Positions 50,061 to 61,700 of a stretch of DNA of 64,000 nt are shown one piece after another. The stretch is from Camelus dromedarius (lineage: Eukaryota): the NCBI RefSeq assembly GCF_036321535.1, contig NC_087437.1, forward strand, positions 23,190,001-23,254,000. The letters are read 5' to 3'. The notes beneath the pieces are model-generated. The model made no database searches and was not told where the DNA came from. It saw only the letters and a list, made by a program, of their open reading frames with translations. The stretch's first letter is position 1, and every line of letters starts with the position of its first letter. The translations under genes were made by a program, and so were the position numbers.

Positions 50061-52239
50061 AGTGAGTGCCTTTGCCAGATGGCAGAGCTACAGTCTCTAA
50101 AAAACAAGAAAAAATTATTTTATGATTATGAACTTGAAGACATTGCAATAAGAAGAAGTAAGTACATATTCAGATGACAGGGTAGAGAAGAGTGTTTTTC
50201 ATCTTTCTAAAGAAGTATGTAGAATTATTACCCTTAAAAAATGTTCAACAAAACAAATGCAATCTGCTTGCTTTTGAATGCCCATAAAATAGTGATTTCA
50301 CAAGGCAATGTTTTCATTTTGCAAAGTCATTTGTTAGTTATGTATTTGGCTTAGAGATAAAATTGCATCATAAGATGGGAGGTAGATCAGAAATTAACAT
50401 TTTGTAACTCATTTTCTGACAAGATTATACTTTCATATGAAACAATATAGTCTTTGTTGGAGAGAAATGATAATAAGAACAGACGGTACCCTTCTAAGAT
50501 GAACCCTAAAGCCCCTTTCAGATTCCTAAAATGATAGTTCAAAAAACAATAACTTGAACAAATCTCTAGCCCTGTCTCTATTTTTTGTATGTCCTTCAGA
50601 TGGAAAATATCACAGACTAATTGCAAAATTACAAACTAATGACACATTTCCTGTATGTTTATCTCTTATACAGATATATCTGGATTTACCAACCTGTTTC
50701 TTTTCAGGAAAAAGAGGAGAATTTGGGGCTAGAATTCCAGGATTGTTTTTTGTGTGTTTGTTTTCTTTCCTCAGAGCAGTAAGGGGAGAAGGCGAATCTA
50801 CTCGGGGATCAATTGTGTTGGGCTTGCGAAAGCTCACTGATTAGTTCACATTAATATGTTGGACTAGTAATCATCAACTCTTCATTCATTGTCTGTTCCC
50901 TCTCTTGGAATTAGGACACACTAGTTTGTCAAAAGCTGTATTATGATTATCAAATAATAAGTGATGATTATAGATAGGCTAATTATATCTGTAAACTTTG
51001 TTGTTATGGAAGTAATTTGGGGGATTCCAGTTTGAGACTGTATATTGCTACTTTCTCACTTTGAGAATGGGAAATGGAAGTCTATGCCTAATTTTTTTCT
51101 GAACAAATTTCTCTCAGTTCCCAATGGTCTTCTTCCACCTTTCATGGCAATGAAAGCCCCACCTGAGAATCTCTGTTTTAAAGCTACAAGGAAGGAGATG
51201 ACACTAATAAGACAAACTAATCTGATCTTTATTTAAGAAATTCTTTGATTGTTTTCCACTTCCAATCCCAAAGTTGACTAGAGGTTAAAACATATTTTGC
51301 TTCTTTGTCTTTGCTTATGGAAGATTTACTTTCTTTTTCTTTCAAGAAAGAGACTAAGTTTCTTTCAAGAGAGTACAGATGTACTTGGAACAAAGCAAGA
51401 GCACCGCTTATAGAATGAACACAAGGCAGAGGCATATTGATGTGATTATGGTATTAAGATTGTACAAACACCTAGTTGACAGTTGGATCTCATGAATATA
51501 ATGTCAAAAGTAAACATTTATTGGGTGAAAACTGTGTACCACTCAATATCACACTAATTTGTTACAAGGATCCTATGACATTGGTCCTAATGTTATCTTT
51601 TTTGTATAGATTGGAAACTCAGATCATAGAGAAGTTACATGTTTAAGGGAATGTAACCAGTAAGAGGTAGAAATAATTTAATTTAAAGTTTTTTTTAATC
51701 GCTGTACTGTCTCTCAATATAAAATGAAATAAAATACAAACTGGGTGAAGAGTCACAAGTATCTTTTGTAAATTCATGCTACCTCTTCGTTACTCTAATA
51801 CCATATCCTAGATGCATTCAGTGAGTCAGATGTCATTTATTTATTTGGTTGCTTAACAAAGGTCATTATTTCCCTATATCCAGTTTGCTACATCCCCAAG
51901 ACACTGGGAATATAGCAACATATAGCGGGGGTTTTGTGTCTAGATGGAGCCCATATTCTAATGAATGTATAGAATGCCCTGTTTAACTACAGTTAAGTCC
52001 TAAAGGGGTAGTACTTGTTATTTGTAAGCACAGATAAACCTTTATCTGTAAGCACAGAAAACATTTATAGTAGATGCAAACTGAGGTAACGGTCGGGTTC
52101 GTAATCATTTTTCCAATGGATGTGTTTACACTGTTTGTCCTCTCTCTACTCCCTTGCAGACTTACCTCCCTGGGGGAATCTGCTCCTTTCTCCCTCTTCT
52201 GCGCTCTGACATGTGCTCTTGAAGGGAGGTGGATGATCT

Positions 52240-53220
52240 ACCTCTCTGGCTGCAGTAATTGGAATGAATTAATAGTAACTCAATTTCCTGACCATGCTGA
52301 CTTAGCCATGGGACTGGGCAGGCATAGTTCAAGTTGGGTGATCAAAAGCCTTTGCCTGGATCTGTAAAACTGGAACTGGTGAAGAGAAGTTCTTTTCTTT
52401 CTACTGTTAAAATGCAGGATCAGAGCACAGGGGCTGCTGGTGGTTCTGGTTCTAGTGCAGGTAATCAACCTGAAAGAATGAACTTGTCACACAGAGAAAA
52501 GCAGAGATAAGAGAGATGGGATAAAATAAACGGAAGTCCTGAGAGCATATCAAGTATCAGATTCTGACTTTACTCCTAAATCCTTACAGAGGTTTTAACC
52601 AATAAATTTACTTTCATTACCTTTCCTTTTTCTTTTCCATTTCTACTTTTATCTAAACTAACTCAAGTTGCATTTCTATATAAGTTAGGGGCTTAGTTGC
52701 ACATCATACATGTTCCCACTAGTTTAAGAAGAAAGGCAGTTTCAAAAAGATATTATAAAACTTACTGACTCTCTGGGCTGGCCAGAGAGCCATGCTTAGA
52801 AGCTACACATCCAGGATCAGTGCCCAGAATTACCATCCATAACTGGTCTACTGAAGGGACCTCAGCTACTGCCCTTGGAAACACACAATGTGGGTTTGCA
52901 GTTGACAGTACCTAGACTCTGACTCTCCCGCCTCTGGAAATTGGATGTCTCTGTCACTTCCCAAAATAGATCCTTTACAGAGAATGCTTCTTTACACCAC
53001 TGGCTTCCAATTCTGTGTTTGACAGGAGTGTCTGATGACAGAAGTCACATGTCTTCATCTGTACTGCAAAGAAGGCTGAGAACACAGATGCTGGACTTGC
53101 ATGGTGAGTATTAGGAAAATACCTTAATAGCAGGAAACTGTTCAAAGATGTTCTGTCACAAGAAAGAATGACAGATATTTACTACAATTTATGTTGCTTA
53201 CATCCAAATATGTCCTCAGT
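52240..53220. mobile_element. Nested old MaLR LTR fragments
   Basis: 'tctaaactaactcaagttgcatttct' and 'aagtcacatgtc...tactgcaaagaaggctgagaa'. Confidence 0.5.
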
Positions 53221-53229
53221 AATACAGCT

Positions 53230-53690
53230 CATGAGTTCAGTTGTGTCTCCAAAAAGATCTGGTGAAGCCCTAACCCTTGGAACCAGTGAATGCAATCTTA
53301 TTTAGAGATAGAAACTTTGCAGTCATCAAGGTAAGATGAGGTCATACCTGGTTTGGGTGGGCCCTAAATCTAGTATGACTGGTGTCCTTATAAGAAGAGG
53401 GAGATTTGTACACAGAAACACAGACACACAGGGGAGGAGGCCATGTGAAGATGAAGGCAGAGACTGGAGTAATGCATCTATAAGCCAAGGAATGCAGGGG
53501 ATTGCCAGCTACCACTAGAAGCTTTTAGAGGTGGGAAGGATCCTCCCCCAGAGCACTCAGAGGAGCATAGCCGAGCCAGAACACTGATTTCAGTGTTCTA
53601 ATCTCCAGACATATGAGAGGATACATTTTTGCTGTTAGGAGTCACCGAGTTTGTGGGTATTTGTTTTGGCAACCCTGAAAAACTAGTACA
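53230..53690 (+). mobile_element. MLT1B/C solo LTR
   Basis: 'gatgaggtcatac...gggtgggccctaaatctagtatgactggtgtccttataagaagagg...aactagtaca'. Confidence 0.9.
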
Positions 53691-53734
53691 TAGCTTCCTT
53701 CAGGAAGTGACATCTAAGCAGACGTCTGGAGGAG

Positions 53735-54105
53735 GAGTGACTGGAAGCAGGCTGTGATTATTGGGCAGATTGTTTACTAGAGAGAGTCAGGACCCACATT
53801 TGTGGAAGGAAGGGAAAGGAACAGGATTCAGCGGAGGGAGAAGTCAAGCTGTGATGCAGGTCTCAGCCAACCTCACAGGGAGATTGGAAGCTACACTGTC
53901 CCATCAGAGTTGTTCCGTTCTGTTCCACTTCCATCAGTCATTCGTTGTGGGCCTCTCCAAAACGGTGTGACCTTGGGCAAGAAAGTTCCCTGCTGCTGAG
54001 GCAATTCCTGAACAGGCTAACAGTTGAAACTGTCTGTCAATGGTACTCCCAGCCACTGAGAAAACAAATTCCTCCTTGAGGGGACTTGAGTGTCACATCT
54101 TTGTG
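53735..54105 (-). mobile_element. ERVL LTR16-like element
   Basis: 'ggaaggaagggaaaggaacaggattcagcggagggagaagtcaagctgtgatgcagg'. Confidence 0.55.
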
Positions 54106-54119
54106 ACATCAATTAGGTA

Positions 54120-55300
54120 AAGGGAGTGTGAGGAGAAAACAGAGCACTGGGTCCGGGTGATGACATGTATGAAAGCCCTGAGGTGGGATAGTGATGGAAG
54201 TGCTCTCAACAAGGAAAGAAAAGGTAACACAGTAAGAAAGGTAAGCAGGTCAAATCAGACCAGTGAGAGAGACCAGGGGTCAGATCATAGGGAGCTTAAG
54301 TATATTCTAGCTTTATTCTAAGAAAAATAGGGAGCTCCAAAGGTGTTTAGATAAATCTAAGGATTACATGATTGGACTTAAATTTTAAAATACCAACAAA
54401 GGCTAGAGTATGTAGAATAATACAGTGGTGCCAACAGGACATTTAGGAAGGTATCATTCTATTAGTCTCCCAGTAAGTAATCAAAGTCACTTACACTAGG
54501 GTGGCAGTGTTTGTTGGAGAGAAGTGGGCACACTTGGGAGCTTTTTTAGGAGGTGACTGAATCTATATAGAAAGAGAAGAAGAGGTATCAAGGATGATTC
54601 CAAGTTTGCTATGGACTGAATGTTTGTGTTCTCCACACACCCGAATTTATAGGTTGTTCAGATACCTGTGCAGTGGCATTAGGAGATGGGACCCTTGTGA
54701 GGTAATTAGATCTTGAGAATAGCGCCCTCATGAATGAGATTAGTGCCCTTATAAGAAGACAGAAGAGAGATGTTCTCTCTCTCTGACATGTGAGGATAGA
54801 GTAATAAGGCAAACAAGGAAGTGGGTCCTCACCGGACTCTGAGTCTGTAGGCACCTTGATCTCGGACTTCCAAGTCTCTAGAACTGTGAGAAATAACTGT
54901 TGTGTAAGCCACCCAGTCTAGGGTATTGGTTCCAGCAGCCAACAAAGACAAAGTTTCTTGCCGAGATGAAGAATCTTTGAGGAGGACCAGATTAGTGCAG
55001 CCAAAACTGGGGTTCGGTTTTGGGAATGAAGCAATTGAGATTGGTGGTAAACGTCAATGAACAGAGAAATTGTGATTGCCTGTGTCTGTGTGAACCTCAG
55101 AGGCATCTGTCCTGAGATATAAATGCAAGAGATTTAACTAAGTCCATGGGGAGGATGAAGTCACCTAGAGACTGAGCGTATAGACCACTCAGCATGGAAA
55201 AGGGCAAGTTATCGGGCTTCAGAAACTCTGATGTTTGAAGACTGAAGAGAGAATAGTAAACAGCAAGAGCCAGAAGAGACACAGAGTCTGAAAGTAGACA
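54120..55300 (-). mobile_element. L2 fragment split by MLT1A
   Basis: 'gaggtatcaaggatgattccaagtt' continues as 'tcttgccgag' after the LTR. Confidence 0.7.
54607..54950 (+). mobile_element. MLT1A solo LTR with 5-bp TSD
   Basis: TGCTATGGACTGAATGTTTGTG...AAAGACA; TSD AAGTT at 54602-54606 and 54951-54955. Confidence 0.92.
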
Positions 55301-56599
55301 TCTTTGTATTTGTGTTAGAGGTATTATTTTATTTTTTTGAAAGTACAGTATCAACAGAGGAAATATTCATCCTTGCATTTTTTCGTGACCTAAAAGACAT
55401 GATTATTTGAAATGAGAAATATGGATAACCGTGTTACAATGAATGAATCACTTCCCAATTTTTACACTAATGCAATTTAGAAAATGTTTTTCTCTAAAAA
55501 TAAAGTAGACTGATAAAAGTGAGGAAGTCTTTTAAGTTTTGTACCATCAGAGGATTGACCTAATTAGTGTGTGAGGAAACCCAATAGGTAAAAAAAGAAA
55601 AAAAAAAAGACTAAGAGTTTATTCTGTTGCTTTAATGTATATTTTAAAAGTTAAGAAGCAAAGGATGGAAGATTTGGTTTACCTCCCCCTTCAAAAGACT
55701 TCTGAAGTAACATTTCAACTTGGACCCTGCTGGAAGGTAAAAGACTAATTTGCAGAATAATATTAATTCTCTATGGAGAAGAACACGCAGAGTTGTCTTG
55801 ATTTGCAACATTCGAAGGGCTAATTACGTATCTTCATGCAGCCTAGGCATGTGGGCCAGCTAAATCTTTTCAGAGTAAGAGCATTGTTATGCAAGAGAGA
55901 TGTTGTTTACATAACTGCCATGGAAATGGAACCCTTCTTCCACAGTTAACCAACAAAACCTGAAGAAAAGTTTTGTTTTGTTTTGTTTTTAGCCCTGACC
56001 AGTGTAGTATGTCTAATGAATACTCTGTCAGTGTAAGGTCCAAGCATTGTTATTACAGGCTAAGAAGTAAGGCAATTTAGGCAATGTTCTACCTTAGAAA
56101 AACAGTGCTTAACACCAAAGCGAAGCTTTCTGTACCCAGAGCAGGACAGGAAGGATACAAGTCTTCAGAAATGTACATAGGTCCTGAGTACTTGGAGGGA
56201 AGAGTTAAAGTCCAAGATATAGTGGTTTAATATGATGGTTTTTAGCTTTAGACAGAGCATCATATGACACTAGTCTATTTTATTTTATAAATTTTCTCAC
56301 ATAATTTGTTTTGTTGAGTAAGTAGCAACCAAATACAAGATTTTGTACACAATGTTTTCGTCTAAATTACTCCATGAGTTTTTCATAACGCAGATAATAA
56401 AAACAGATGCCATGTTAAATTGGGAAAATGGTGACAATTATGACACAGGGTTAGATATTCTTAATTATTAAGAGCTTTTTTAAATAAAACCCAAAATACA
56501 AACTTGTCAATGTATAAATGGGCCAGTGTTTACATGTGCTCAAAATACAAGAATAAAACTGATTTTTTCCATCTTAGTGTCTGAAGATTTTTCAAAAAC

Positions 56600-57400
56600 A
56601 AAAAAAAGTATTCCAAGTGAAGGTGGGGAGAAGTAGAGGAAAGCTGGTCGGAAATAGGTTTGTTATCCTTAGCTCAATACTCATTTTAAATAAAGCAAGG
56701 AGAGAGAGTCTTCTGAGAGAGTCGGGAGTACTGCTGCATCTTCTGTTCCCTTGATGTCGCCGGTGAAGGGGGCAGCATACACCCAGCTTAATTCAGGCCT
56801 AGTGAGAAAGACTTCAAAGAAACCACTCAGACTGTTGACCTGTGTCCTCTGGAGTTGATGAGGTTTAGATATCCATGTTAGATCTACAACCAGAAAAGCC
56901 TGAAGGGAGAGACAGGCTGGCTGGTGGTTTTCATGAGAGAGTAAGAAGAGATGGCCCCTTTGGCCCTTCCATGGTTTGAAGGGGCAAAGGCTGCATGGAT
57001 ACTTCCTGTGGTGCAAGCATGGGAAGGGGGCTGGTGTAGAGCCATCTTACAGGGGCTGGAACCGAGAGGGCTTCCTGGAAGGTGAATGAGGATGAGAGCT
57101 AAGCAGAGGAAATCTGTGTAGAATTGTAGACAAACCAAGGAGGCACTGCCTGCCTACAGAGATGACAGAGGAGATTATCAGTGCTGAGGAATCTTCAGAG
57201 AGTCCTGAGTCTGACTTGAATATCTGCTCTGACCAGATGAGAGCAATGCAATGGTAGAATACAACCCATCAAGGCAGACCTTCCCTGCACCTCCTTCCTC
57301 ATCCTCTTCCTCCACTGGGAAGACTCAGAGGAACTCAGTGAGCAGACATTCTGGTTCATACCAGACTTGAGCTGGGGAAAAGGCTGAAACAAAATAAGTT
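56600..57400 (+). mobile_element. Possible ancient Gypsy-type LTR (MamGypLTR/LTR85-like)
   Basis: Purine-rich, about 50% GC block unlike its flanks; family is an impression only. Confidence 0.35.
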
Positions 57401-57404
57401 TGCC

Positions 57405-58190
57405 CACCATTGCCACTTTTATTTATCCTCTTCATGGATTTCTGGCCAATACAATAAAGCAAGAAAAAGTAGAAACTGTACAGATTGAGAATGAAGAAAT
57501 AAAACTGTCACTCTGTGGGATGACACGATCATAGTCATAGAAATTCAAGAGAATCCAAGTTTATCTTGGATGAAAATTACATAAGGAAAATAGCAAAGTC
57601 ACTGGATACAAGATCAATATGTAAAAATATTTTGTATTTCTGTATATTTAGGCAATAAGTAGAGAATGAGCATTTCTAAAAATGACATCATGATAATATC
57701 ACAAAGGACCAAAAATAGAACAATTAGGCCAAAAGAAATGTACAAACTGTTTATACTGAAATCCACAAAACTTTGTTAAAAGCAGTTAATGTATATATAA
57801 CTTAATGAAAGGATATATCCTGTTGATGAGTTGAAAGTCTTCATATTGTAAAGATGCCAATCTTCTCTCAATTGAGGATTTTTTATTGAAATTGCTGATT
57901 GTAAAATTTATATTGAAATGAATATCATAAGAAAAAAAACAAGATAATCTTGGAGAAAAACAAGGCTAAAGGACTTAAATTTCCAGGAGAAAAATAGCTC
58001 TTATAAAACAATAGTAATTAAGATGATATGGTACAGATCAATGAAACAGAATAGAGAATCCTGAAACAGACCCAAATTTTTAGTTGCCTGATTCCTTACA
58101 AAGGTGACAGTGCAGAGTTGTGGGCGAAGTATGGTGTTTCAATAAATGGTACTGGATCAATTTGATGTCTGTTTGAAAGACAAAATAATT
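57405..58190 (+). mobile_element. Ancient L1M ORF2 RT region, degraded
   Basis: LANTIKQEKVETVQIENEEIKLSL...DD resembles L1 [29 protein letters not shown]. Confidence 0.85.
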
Positions 58191-58194
58191 TCAT

Positions 58195-58292
58195 CACTAG
58201 ATTAGTTTTTGAGGGCTCTTATAACAAATTACCACAAGTTGGGTGGCTTAAAACAATGGAAATGTGTTCTTTGCCCAGTTCAGGAGTCCAGA
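58195..58292 (-). mobile_element. MLT1 fragment
   Basis: 'ataacaaattaccacaagttgggtggcttaaaacaatggaaat...aatcaaggt'. Confidence 0.75.
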
Positions 58293-58850
58293 AGCCCAGA
58301 ATCAAGGTATTGTATGTTACCAGCTTTTATTTAAAACCTGAAAGAGTGATCACCAAAGGATCATAATAAATACACTTAGGACAATTATGAAACAAGAGTA
58401 ATGATGTATAGCTTGCCCTGTCATTTATTAAAACATTATTAAATTAATTTATAAGTCATTTAAAAGATATTGTCTGTAGATGATGAGATTATAGGCTTAT
58501 AGTTTTATTTTGTGTCCTTATCTATATTATCTTATTTTCTACGGTTACTATATATAGAATGTAATTAAAAAATAGTAAAAGTTGATACTCAAAAAGCCTG
58601 AAGCCAAGTAACTCAAAATACATTTTCGTAAGTTGTTTTCCTATTTCACACTATGGTTAGAAAAGCTGGACATGAGTTCTGTTCTCTCCATTTCTGTTGG
58701 AAAGTTATCCTGCTTTGGTAGGGGGACACACCTCCTTTTGCTACTTTCTTCCTTTACGGTTGTTTTGTTTCCTGGACTAAACAGAAAGAAAGAAGATATG
58801 GCAGCAGAAACAGAACTTGCCTGTTTGCAACAGAGACTGTTACTCCAGGT

Positions 58851-59030
58851 CAGTGGTTCTTAGACCTTAAATTGTGTCAGAATCTCCAGAGAGCTTGTTA
58901 AACATGACTGGGGCCCCAGCTCAGTTCCTGATTTAGTCAAGTCTTACTTGGGGCCTGAAAATACCATTTCTAACAAGTCCCAGGTGGTACTGATGCTGCT
59001 GGTCTGGCGGCCACACTCTGAGGACCGCTG
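58851..59030. mobile_element. MER5A (hAT-Charlie)
   Basis: 'cagtggttct...catttctaacaagtcccaggtggtactgatgctgctggtctggcggccacactctgaggaccgctg'. Confidence 0.85.
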
Positions 59031-59399
59031 TGCCGGGCACAGGCAGGTGTTCCCTCTGATTTGGAGCAGCCAGCCTCATTGGCAGGCTTTGCTCCCTTCA
59101 GGAGTATGGCGAATAGATAAACAGAGTAACCAGGCATTGCCCCACTCCCTCCATGCTCTTAATCCACATTGCTTCTTAGGAAAAAGGTTAATTGGGTAAT
59201 GGAGAAATCAGATCTTTTTTAAAGAAAAGTATTAATGCAAGATTTCCATGTATCTTTAGATGTTTCTGAGATTCTAATACTATATTCATGAATATCTAAA
59301 TTATATGAGGTTACATATATGAATTATATGGTACATATATGAAACGTACTGAACCTAAATTCTGATTCTGGATAGATGAATTTTCACTGTTTTTTTTTT

Positions 59400-61700
59400 T
59401 TTCGTCTCTAATACTTCTGTGTTCCTGGTTTGTTCATTTTTCTGCTAAATTTAGATTTTTTAAAAAGATTTTGGTGTCATATTCATATGTGAGATCTGTT
59501 CATAAATTGCTTTCCTAACGTAGTCTAGTTTTTGCTATCAAGGTTATACTAACCTGGAAATAAAATGAATAAGGGCAGAGTCTTTATAGTTTTTTTCTTT
59601 GAAGCAAGGTTAGGAACTACTTGTTCCTTAAAAGTTTAATGGAACTTGCCCATAAATCATCTCAGCCTGGTGTGCTTTTGAGAGGTAGTTTTTGTTTTGT
59701 TCTGTTCAGAACATCTTTAACTGCTACACAGTTCTTATTTCTTAAAGTGACTTTTGTTGAATCATAACATACACTAAAATTATAAATGCAGAGCCCAAAA
59801 AATTTCCATAGAATTAACACAGCTATGTAACCACCACAGATTGAAAACTAGAATATTATCAGCACCTCACAAGCTCACCGTGTGACTTCCCTTTATGTGC
59901 CTCCGGTATCCTGACTTCTGCCAACCATTAAGTTAAAAAAAAGTAAAGACTGCTAAATAATAATCTAAAATAAAGCTAAATTTACTTGCTTGCTAGGCAA
60001 AGAAGAGACACCATTCAAGTACAAATGCAGTTTCTCTGTGTGAAAACTGGAAGAGCTTGATACAGATTTAAAAAGGAGAAAGTACAAAATCAGGCAACTT
60101 TTGGAGTTCAGGTCTCTGGGTGGCTTACAAGGTAGTTTGTAAACTCTTCTTTGCAAGTGGCCACTCCCAGGTTTCACTTTACTGCTACCTGGAAGTCTGG
60201 TTTCAAACAAATCCAGAATGCGTTGTATGGAATTCCAGAGCATAGCGTTGTTCAGCGTGTACATTCAAGTGCGCGTGCTCAAAGTTGAACAAAAAGTTTC
60301 TTTAAAGCACCATCGATTAGCTTTGAACTTTATATAAGTGACATCATATACGATGAACTCTTTTGCCCGTGGCTTCTTTTGCTCACTGTTACTTTTATGA
60401 AATACATATTACTGAATGAGCTGTAGTTCATTCTTTTTCATAATTTTTTAATATTCCCTCGTGTGAATATATTATAGGGTTTTTTTGGGCATCTGATATC
60501 CCATTTGATTCGTTCATCACTCAAGCTATGTTCTTTTCCTTCCAAATAGGAAACTATAGTGATATTTTGGATTTCAACATGCTAGCGCTTCAGGGAAATG
60601 ATGTGTGTTTCATATTTGCTTTGCTGTTATGTCACTTGGAAGGAAGCTAGTCACCAATGATGTTGTGACTATTTCAACACTAACAAAGCCCTTTTAATAT
60701 AATTTATTCATCTATTTTAATGTTAATGGATATTTGGGTTGTTCTAGTATATGGTTCTTACAGTCTACTATAAATGTTCTTTTAGTATTTTTATACACAT
60801 ACACATAAAGACCACCATACACGCACACACTTCAGTTGAGCATATGCCCAGAAGTAGAATTTCTGAGCCATGGGGAATGCATAAGGAATCTTTAGTGGAT
60901 ACTGCCAGTTTTCCACAGAAGCTGAACCAGTTTACAGTCTCACCAGCTGTACATGAGTTCCAGTTGCTTCACATTCTTGTCATCACTTAGTATTGTTAGT
61001 CTTTTAATTTTGACCATCTCAGTGAATGAGTAGTGCTATCTCACTGAAGTTTTAATTTGCATTTCCCTTATCACTAAAGAAACTGAAAATACCTTTGTGT
61101 GTTTATCGGCCATTTGGATATCCTCTTTTCTGAACTACTCATTCAAATACTTTGCCTATTTTCTATTGGATGTTTGTTTTTTTTTTTCTCTCAAAAGTTA
61201 CAGGAAAATGTAACTACACATACATACATATATACACACATATATATACACGCATATGTAATGTTCTGAGTTTGAGGTCTTTAGATTATATTTATACAAA
61301 TATTTTCTGTTCTTTGACTTCCTTTTTCATTCTTGTTTTCTATGACTTGTCTTTTATTCTCTCAACAGTGCCTTTCATTAAACAGAAATTCATGAGAAAT
61401 ACATTTTTAACAAACTTTAAATGATTGCAGGTCAATTCAAGTTTTCTCTTTCTTATTTTATTTTGGTAAGGTATAATTTACCAGGAAACTATTTCTTAAT
61501 CTATTTTTTTTTTCAGATTTATTGGGATAATGTTTCTCTCACTACTATTTTATGATTGAAGAGATCTCTACTTAATCTACAGTGATTAACTCATTTCTTG
61601 TTCCTAATGCTATTTAATTTGCTGTTTTTTCATTTTTCATTGATCAGTATTGCTACAGTTTTGTCTGCTTTTTCAATAAGACTAGATCTTTAAAATATTT
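59400..61700 (-). mobile_element. Cluster of antisense L1M fragments
   Basis: 'tttgctatcaaggttatactaacct', 'tgtaaccaccacagattgaaaactagaatatt', 'tttaatttgcatttcccttatcactaaaga'. Confidence 0.75.
59929..60309 (-). mobile_element. 381-bp ERV1-like solo LTR with 4-bp TSD
   Basis: TSD CCAT at 59925-59928 and 60310-60313; minus strand TG...TA ends; host L1 'ctgacttct..accat|cgattag' is continuous across it. Confidence 0.7.

Noticed and set aside
52023..52069. Short tandem duplication (tgtaagcacaga..aac.tttat)x2; similar ones near 22993, 23702 and 38088
   Set aside because: Ordinary slippage duplications of two units
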